A DNA stretch of 64,000 nt, from the NCBI GenBank assembly GCA_031417655.1, contig JANOVZ010000041.1, forward strand, positions 19,052 to 83,051, given 5' to 3'. The position numbers and the translations under genes were made by a program. The notes below the pieces were generated by a model. It worked only from the letters and a program-made list of their open reading frames with translations. It did not search any database and was not told the origin of the DNA. The stretch's first letter is position 1. The number at the start of each line of letters is the position of its first letter. This DNA is from Sphingomonas sp. Lineage in GTDB: Bacteria > Pseudomonadota > Alphaproteobacteria > Sphingomonadales > Sphingomonadaceae. Positions 58,028 through 64,000 of the stretch are shown here, piece after piece.

Positions 58028-59362
58028 TCAACGAAACGCCGTGATCTTCCCAGAGTTATCGAGAATATACAGTGTCGAATTGGCAACGACCGGCGACAGG
58101 AAAACCGGCGCACCGATCTTGGTAGTAGACTGCACCTTGCCGTCGCCCGCGCCCACGCTGATCATCGCGCCTTCGGACGATGCCAATACCAAACGATCCC
58201 CCGCAAGCACCGGCCCGCTCCACGTCACCGGACCATTTTTCGACTTTTCCTTGCGATAGCGTTGCAGCGCGGTCGACCACCGAACTTTACCGGTCGCGCG
58301 CGCAACACAGAGCAGCTTGGCTTCGTCCGTCACGACAAACAGCCATTCGCCCGCAACCCATGGTGTCGAAATGCCCGCAATGTTCATTTCCCACAGACGC
58401 TGGCCCGTAACGAGTTCGAGGCTCACCATACGTCCGCCCTGCCCAACGGCGAACACGCGACCTTGATCGACGACCGGCGCGGCATCAATGTCCGACAACG
58501 TGCCCACCGATGTATTGATACTCGTCCGGGATAGCGCTTCCTGCCAGACGGTACGACCGTTCTCATACCGATAAGCATTCAAGTCGCCCGACGAGAAACC
58601 CGCCACAACAGTGCCTTGGGCAACCGCAGGTGCTGCTACGCCGAAAACGCCGGCAAGCTGAACCGCCGCCGCTTCGGTCCATTCGACATTGCCGTCGCTC
58701 GCCTTGAGCGCGATCAACTGATTATCTTGGCTCATGGCAAAAATATTGCCGTTCGCCACCGTCGGTGCGCCGCGCAAGGGTCCGCCAGGGCGCTTCTTCC
58801 AGACAACCGACCCGTTCGCCACATTCAGCGCACCGACATCGCCAAGGCCATTTGTCGCGTAAAGAAACGCGCCTTCAACACTGACCCCGCCACCGAATAG
58901 CGACGCACTATTCTTGCCACCATCGCCAAATTGAACCGACCACAGCTTCGCACCCGAATTTGCATCATAAGCCGAAATCACCGCATCGGTCCCCATGACA
59001 TAAAGCTTGCCATCAGCAATGACCGGTGCCGAAGCGAGCCGCGCTTCCTTTGATGCGCCCACTATCTTGCCCGTCCATGCTGTGCCAAGCGTCGCGCCAA
59101 GTGCTGGATGTCCCATCGACTTGGCCGCATTGCCGCCCGGCTGTGTCCAGCTGTCGTTCGCCGCCGCAACGGGTAATGTCACCGCAACATCGGCAAGCGC
59201 CGGATCAATCTCAACGCCGCTTTCGGCTGTCAAAATCGAAATGCGATCGCCGAGCAATGCACTCTTTGGTTTTGAGCCTTTGAACAATCCGCCGGCGCAT
59301 CCGCCAACCAGCGTTAGCGCCGCGAGCGCGATCAGCGCTTTATTTGGTTTCAACATAGTCAC
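58028..59362 (-). CDS. bamB: PQQ-like beta-propeller lipoprotein (BamB)
   Basis: Lipobox LVGGC, repeated GxxxW propeller motifs; yfgM-bamB-der order. Confidence 0.85.
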   Translation of the reverse strand: MTMLKPNKALIALAALTLVGGCAGGLFKGSKPKSALLGDRISILTAESGVEIDPALADVAVTLPVAAANDSWTQPGGNAAKSMGHPALGATLGTAWTGKIVGASKEARLASAPVIADGKLYVMGTDAVISAYDANSGAKLWSVQFGDGGKNSASLFGGGVSVEGAFLYATNGLGDVGALNVANGSVVWKKRPGGPLRGAPTVANGNIFAMSQDNQLIALKASDGNVEWTEAAAVQLAGVFGVAAPAVAQGTVVAGFSSGDLNAYRYENGRTVWQEALSRTSINTSVGTLSDIDAAPVVDQGRVFAVGQGGRMVSLELVTGQRLWEMNIAGISTPWVAGEWLFVVTDEAKLLCVARATGKVRWSTALQRYRKEKSKNGPVTWSGPVLAGDRLVLASSEGAMISVGAGDGKVQSTTKIGAPVFLSPVVANSTLYILDNSGKITAFR

Positions 59363-60051
59363 TTGTTACCCTTTGCCGGAGCTGCATCGACTCCCAATAT
59401 CCCTGCCAGCTGAACGACGCGCGAACGGATCGTTTCGGGCACTGTCTCATCTTTGGCCACCGCGCCAAACATCGCGCCCGCAAGGTCATTCTGACCTTTT
59501 CGCATATAGGATATGCCGACCATCTCGCCCGCGCTCCCAAACCATGGATTGCCTTTTGCCGCGAGCGGTTTCAACCGCGCGATCACGGCATCGGGCGTCA
59601 TGCTGTCAAACTCGGCAGCGGTCTGTCGCACCAGCGCAAGATCGCGATAGGGCTGGTCAAGATTGGTATCCGCCGCAATTGAGCCGAACGCAGCTGCCGC
59701 ACCTTTGTTGTCGCCCTTGTTCAACAGCAGCGCAGCATTGGCGAGCTTGGCCGCAACCGCCACACCGTCGCTCTTCGATGCCGCCAGCGCGTCGAGTTGG
59801 GGCTTGACCATATCAGATTTGCCCGCGCTCAACTCGTCAAGCGCCGTGCTCAACTGCTCGCCCTCGACGCCCAGCTTGGTTTCGCGGTCATTCTGCCACC
59901 AAAGATAACCCGCAAACAACGCAAGCCCACCAACGACCAGCGCAATGATCCAGCGACCATAGCGTTTCCAGATCGTCAGCGCCTGTTCGCGGCGAAGTTC
60001 GTCATCGACTTCGCGGATAAATTCTTCGTTGGTGGTGGGCGGTACGGCCAA
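59359..60051 (-). CDS. YfgM-like TPR membrane protein
   Basis: FIREVDDELRRE, one TM, helical repeats; upstream of bamB. Confidence 0.85.
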   Translation of the reverse strand: MAVPPTTNEEFIREVDDELRREQALTIWKRYGRWIIALVVGGLALFAGYLWWQNDRETKLGVEGEQLSTALDELSAGKSDMVKPQLDALAASKSDGVAVAAKLANAALLLNKGDNKGAAAAFGSIAADTNLDQPYRDLALVRQTAAEFDSMTPDAVIARLKPLAAKGNPWFGSAGEMVGISYMRKGQNDLAGAMFGAVAKDETVPETIRSRVVQLAGILGVDAAPAKGNK

Positions 60052-60119
60052 GGGGTCGTGCTTTCGCTGTGTAAATCTGGCGGGCAGCCTTAGCGGGCGT
60101 TATCCGGCGGGGCTAGCCC

Positions 60120-61235
60120 TCACAATTCGTCGATCATGCCCGCCAGCACGGCAAGGCAATCGCGCGCGAGTTGCCGCGACCGTTCGGGCGACCACCCACG
60201 CTCCGCATCGGGCGCATCGGCATTGTCCTTGAACGGCATTTCGAGCGTCATCGACACCGCGCCAAAGCGTTCGGCAAGCTGGTTGGTCGACATCGTCAAA
60301 TTGGCCTTGCCTGCGCCCGCTGTTGGATAACCATGCGTCGTTTGGAAATCGGGTGTGCGCGCGGCAAGGCGAGCGAGGAACATGTTATATAAATCGCCCT
60401 GTCGTTGCGTCCATGACGGGATACCGTGAAATCCTGCCATGAAAGCATGCGGGATTGATTCATCGCCGTGCACATCCATCGCGAAATCAACGCCGGTTTC
60501 ATCCATCGCACCCCGAACATGCAGGACTTCGGGGCTGCGTTCGGGCGTTGGCGAGGCCCACTCGCGGTTCAGGTTCACACCCACCGAATTTGTCCGCAAA
60601 TGCCCGCGCGCGCTGCCGTCTGGGTTCATATTGGGAACGACATGGAATATTGCGGCGTCACGAAGCTGCGCCGCGACCGCATCGTTTGACACAAGGAGGT
60701 CAAGGGCCCCCTCCATCCACCATTCGGCCATCGTTTCGCCGGGATGCTGGCGGGCGTAGAGCCATATCTGAAGCGGCCCGTTGCCGATCGTCAGCAAGTC
60801 GAGCGGGCGACCCTCTTTCGTTTCGCCAAGAACCCGATGCCCGACATGCGGGACTGCCGCGATCCGATCGACCAGCGCGGCGTGCCGCTCCATCGGGTAG
60901 GGCGCGAAATAGGCAAACCAAATGCTGTCGCTGTCGGCCATATGGCGGATGGTCAGCACGCCGTTGGCATAGTTAGTATCCGCGCGCAGCCAGTCGCTGT
61001 TGTCGATGCTCACGCAGGCGCGATAGCCGGGCCAGCCCGTTGGATAGGCCGACCCCGCGCAATTTGTGATTCGCAATTCAAGTGCTTGCCCGCCCGCGCC
61101 ATCAACACGGAAATAGAACCATTGGTAAAACTGCGAATCCTTGTCACGGCGGATGGCGAGGTTTGCCCGCGTGCCGTCGATCTCCGTTACTTCGATATTA
61201 CCGCTATCGAAGTCGCTATGGATGCTGATGCTCAT
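60120..61235 (-). CDS. M14 family cytosolic carboxypeptidase
   Basis: FDSGNI, RQHPGE, NPDG, NLNREW, DVHGDE, TLEMP. Confidence 0.92.
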   Translation of the reverse strand: MSISIHSDFDSGNIEVTEIDGTRANLAIRRDKDSQFYQWFYFRVDGAGGQALELRITNCAGSAYPTGWPGYRACVSIDNSDWLRADTNYANGVLTIRHMADSDSIWFAYFAPYPMERHAALVDRIAAVPHVGHRVLGETKEGRPLDLLTIGNGPLQIWLYARQHPGETMAEWWMEGALDLLVSNDAVAAQLRDAAIFHVVPNMNPDGSARGHLRTNSVGVNLNREWASPTPERSPEVLHVRGAMDETGVDFAMDVHGDESIPHAFMAGFHGIPSWTQRQGDLYNMFLARLAARTPDFQTTHGYPTAGAGKANLTMSTNQLAERFGAVSMTLEMPFKDNADAPDAERGWSPERSRQLARDCLAVLAGMIDEL

Positions 61236-61804
61236 GGCACGCTGATAGTGTGACCGCTCTCGCCGGGGAAGTCTTTGAATAATGCCGTGGCCAATTTATC
61301 AGCAGCCAATCCAGGTTGCGACGCGGGCGCGCTAGACGGTGCTTCGGTTTCGGCGCGTCCTTCCCAAACAACGCCTTTGCCGCCGCGCTCACGCAACTGG
61401 ACTGAGAGCCGCGTGACGATGACTTCGCTGCTTTTGTTGCCGCCAAGGCCAAAGCTGACCCCCGCACCAACGCCACCGCCATAACCGCCCGTCCCGCCAC
61501 CGATACCGATGCTGATTGGCGAGCGCTTGGAGGCGGCGGCGCGGGCATCGCGCGTGACTTCGCTGGAATAAGTATAGCGCGCTTCGGTGCCGCCTGCCGC
61601 AAAACCTAGACGCGCCAGTTCGCGCGCAACGGCGGTATCATAGGCCGCCCGCTCCAGACTGTTCTCCACAACCACAGGGGCCACGGCGCCGCGTACGATC
61701 TCGCGGCCCAGATGGAAGCGTGTGACTTGTACCGGCGGAATGCTTGCGGCGCATCCGCTCAGCGCGAGGGCAGTGGATAAAAGCAAAGCGCGGATCATCA
61801 TCAT
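61232..61804 (-). CDS. DUF4136-like lipoprotein
   Basis: Lipobox LSGC, VTRFH, Gly-rich segment, VWEGRA, FPGESG. Confidence 0.8.
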   Translation of the reverse strand: MMMIRALLLSTALALSGCAASIPPVQVTRFHLGREIVRGAVAPVVVENSLERAAYDTAVARELARLGFAAGGTEARYTYSSEVTRDARAAASKRSPISIGIGGGTGGYGGGVGAGVSFGLGGNKSSEVIVTRLSVQLRERGGKGVVWEGRAETEAPSSAPASQPGLAADKLATALFKDFPGESGHTISVP

Positions 61805-61931
61805 CTACTCCTGACAAGTCGTTGCGGGTATAACAAGCGACGAGGGACATAGTGCCGCATTCGTCTTGACTTCGCCAGCCTGCTTGCCTAGGCGCGGCGT
61901 TCGCAATTTCTCCTGCATAAAGACCGCCGCC

Positions 61932-62057
61932 ATGAAGATTCGTAACTCGTTGAAGTCCCTCAAGGATCGCCATCGCGACAACCGCGTGATTCGCCGTCGC
62001 GGACGCACCTATGTGATCAACAAGACGAATCGCCGGTTTAAGGCGCGGCAAGGCTGA
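61932..62057 (+). CDS. rpmJ: 50S ribosomal protein L36 (Zn-free type)
   Basis: [41 protein letters not shown]. Confidence 0.96.
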   Translation: MKIRNSLKSLKDRHRDNRVIRRRGRTYVINKTNRRFKARQG

Positions 62058-62117
62058 ATCGATGCGACGCTTAGCGGAGCTAAGCGCGACACCGATCAGC
62101 CTGGACGGCGTCACCCC

Positions 62118-62768
62118 GTGACGACCGACGAAAACATGGGCTTTGCCCATGTCACCCCTCCCAAACCCATACGCGCAGTCGTTTTCGACGTCGGCAATGT
62201 CCTGTTTTTCTGGTCGCTCCGTGTTCTCTTCGAAAAGCTGATCAGCGATCCGCAGGAATGCGACTGGTTTCTTGCAAACGTGGTCACCGAAAAATGGCAT
62301 TTCCAGCATGACGCCGGGCGTCCCCTTGTCGACATGGTGCGCGAGCGCAAAACCGAATTTCCCAATTATGCCCATCTGATCGACGTTTATGTCGAACGCT
62401 TCAACGAATCCATCCACGCGCCGGTGCCCGGCATGGCCGAAATCGTCCACGACTTGGCTGCGCGCGGCGTGCCGATCTTCGGCATCACCAATTTCGGCGC
62501 TGAATTCTGGGCCGATTTCCGCCCGACCAAACCTCTCTTTGATCATTTTCAAGATATCGTTGTTTCGGGTGACGAGAAAATAGTGAAGCCCGATGCGGCG
62601 ATCTATGCGCTCGCCCTGCGCCGTTTCGACCTGGCACCTGGGGAGGGGCTCTTCGTCGATGACCGACTTGAAAACGCCGAGGCTGGGCAGGCGAACGGCT
62701 TTGTCGGGCATCATTTCATAGATGCGGGAAAATTACGGTCAGAACTTGAGCGATTGGCGCTGCTCTAA
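62118..62768 (+). CDS. HAD family phosphatase
   Basis: FDVGNV, ITNF, KPD, FVDD. Confidence 0.92.
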   Translation: MTTDENMGFAHVTPPKPIRAVVFDVGNVLFFWSLRVLFEKLISDPQECDWFLANVVTEKWHFQHDAGRPLVDMVRERKTEFPNYAHLIDVYVERFNESIHAPVPGMAEIVHDLAARGVPIFGITNFGAEFWADFRPTKPLFDHFQDIVVSGDEKIVKPDAAIYALALRRFDLAPGEGLFVDDRLENAEAGQANGFVGHHFIDAGKLRSELERLALL

Positions 62769-64000
62769 TCCTTATGCCCCTTCAACTCATCGCCGGTAAG
62801 CCGAACGACATGTAGCACATTGGTCGACCCCGGCGTCCCGAACGGTACGCCTGCCATGACGATCACGCGGTCGCCGCCTTCGGCCAACTTGTGACGCAAG
62901 ACCATACGCTTCGACTTCGCGACCATGTCCTCAAAACTGTCGACGTCGCGCGTGTGCACGGCATGAACACCCCACAGCAGCCCCGAGCGCCGTGCGGTTT
63001 CGGCTTTGGGCGTCAGCACCAGCAGCGGCACCGAGGGCCGCTCACGCGATATGCGCCGCGCCGTTGATCCCGACGACGTGAAGCAGATGATCGCTTTCGC
63101 GCCCACCGTAATCGCAATCTCACGCGCGGCGCCCGCCAGCGCATCGGCAGTGGTCGGATCGGCCTTAGTCTCGGTGAAGTGCAGCCGCGCGCCATAGCCG
63201 GGGTCAGCCTCCACCGTCATCGCAATCCGGTCCATCATGCTGACCGATTCAACCGGCCACGCGCCCGCCGCGCTTTCCGCCGAGAGCATCACCGCGTCCG
63301 CCCCGTCATACATGGCGGTCGCCACATCGGAGACTTCGGCACGCGTAGGCGTGGGCGATGTGATCATCGATTCGAGCATTTGCGTCGCTACCACGACAGG
63401 GCGTCCGTAACGCCGCGCCGTCTCGACAATGCGTTTCTGCGCTGGCGGGACCGCTTCGGGCGGAAGTTCGACGCCAAGGTCACCGCGCGCGACCATCACC
63501 GCGTCGGCCATCTCGATAATATCCTCGAGCCGGTCGAGCGCCGCCGGTTTCTCGATCTTCGCCAGCAAGGCGGCGCGGCCCTGGATGAGCTTGCGCGCTT
63601 CGGCCAGGTCTTCGGGCCGCTGAACGAAGGACAGCGCCACCCAATCAACATTCTGGTCGAGCGCGAACGCCAGATCACTCCGGTCTTTTTCGGTCAGCGC
63701 TGCCATCGGGATGACGACATCGGGGACATTCAGCCCCTTGCGATCGGACAGCATCCCGCCAACTTCGACCCGCGTCATGACATGATCATCGGCCATATCC
63801 GTCACGCGCAGCACGAGTTTGCCATCGTCGAGCAAAAGCCGCGCGCCTATCTCAAGCGCGGCAAAAATCTCGCGGTGCGGCAGGCAGGCCCGCGTCGCAT
63901 CGCCCGCTGTCGGGTCGCGATCCAGCCGGAACGCTGCGCCTGTTTTCAACTCGACTTTGCCTTCGGCAAAAGTGCCGACCCGCAGCTTTGGTCCCTGCAA
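62765..64000 (-). CDS. pyk: Pyruvate kinase (5' end outside window)
   Basis: QGPKLR, AKIE, MVARGDLGVE, ATQMLESM, PTRAE, MLSAESA. Confidence 0.97.
   Translation of the reverse strand: MQGPKLRVGTFAEGKVELKTGAAFRLDRDPTAGDATRACLPHREIFAALEIGARLLLDDGKLVLRVTDMADDHVMTRVEVGGMLSDRKGLNVPDVVIPMAALTEKDRSDLAFALDQNVDWVALSFVQRPEDLAEARKLIQGRAALLAKIEKPAALDRLEDIIEMADAVMVARGDLGVELPPEAVPPAQKRIVETARRYGRPVVVATQMLESMITSPTPTRAEVSDVATAMYDGADAVMLSAESAAGAWPVESVSMMDRIAMTVEADPGYGARLHFTETKADPTTADALAGAAREIAITVGAKAIICFTSSGSTARRISRERPSVPLLVLTPKAETARRSGLLWGVHAVHTRDVDSFEDMVAKSKRMVLRHKLAEGGDRVIVMAGVPFGTPGSTNVLHVVRLTGDELKGHKD

Noticed and set aside
61932-62057. Cys-free L36 as a sign of zinc-starvation paralogy
   Set aside because: The Zn-free form is the usual L36 in alphaproteobacteria.

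Overview
GC-rich alphaproteobacterial chromosome segment, most likely Sphingomonadaceae (inferred from the PEPxxWA-CTERM protein, CtrA boxes and gene order). It is mostly core genome: the 3' end of gyrB, rpsU, spoT, phaB, hemH, rpmB, tadA, cobT, dgt, a complete dcw cluster (mraZ to ftsZ), cysK, der, bamB, rpmJ and the 3' end of pyk. Two things stand out. (1) At least five families of short palindromic (REP/REPIN-like) elements are present with no mobilising gene in the window. Two copies sit in-frame inside MurB and MurD. At five operon junctions (phoD/thiolase, ftsQ/ftsA, murD/ftsW, murF/mraY, bamB/der) the element lies inside a 16-55 aa mini-ORF that starts at or next to the upstream stop codon and stops on the downstream start codon, as if translational coupling is relayed across the insertion. 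(2) An AT-rich orphan gene (25047-25577, minus strand) converges on a promoter-preceded, highly structured ~140-nt non-coding segment (two GNRA hairpins, possible pseudoknot, shared terminator), a candidate protein-plus-RNA toxin/antitoxin or defence module. Smaller accessory items include an amber-split membrane gene with Pro-rich micro-ORFs next to mazEF, a COX-like heme dioxygenase and a mosaic secreted protein. All calls come from reading the sequence; no database searches were run.
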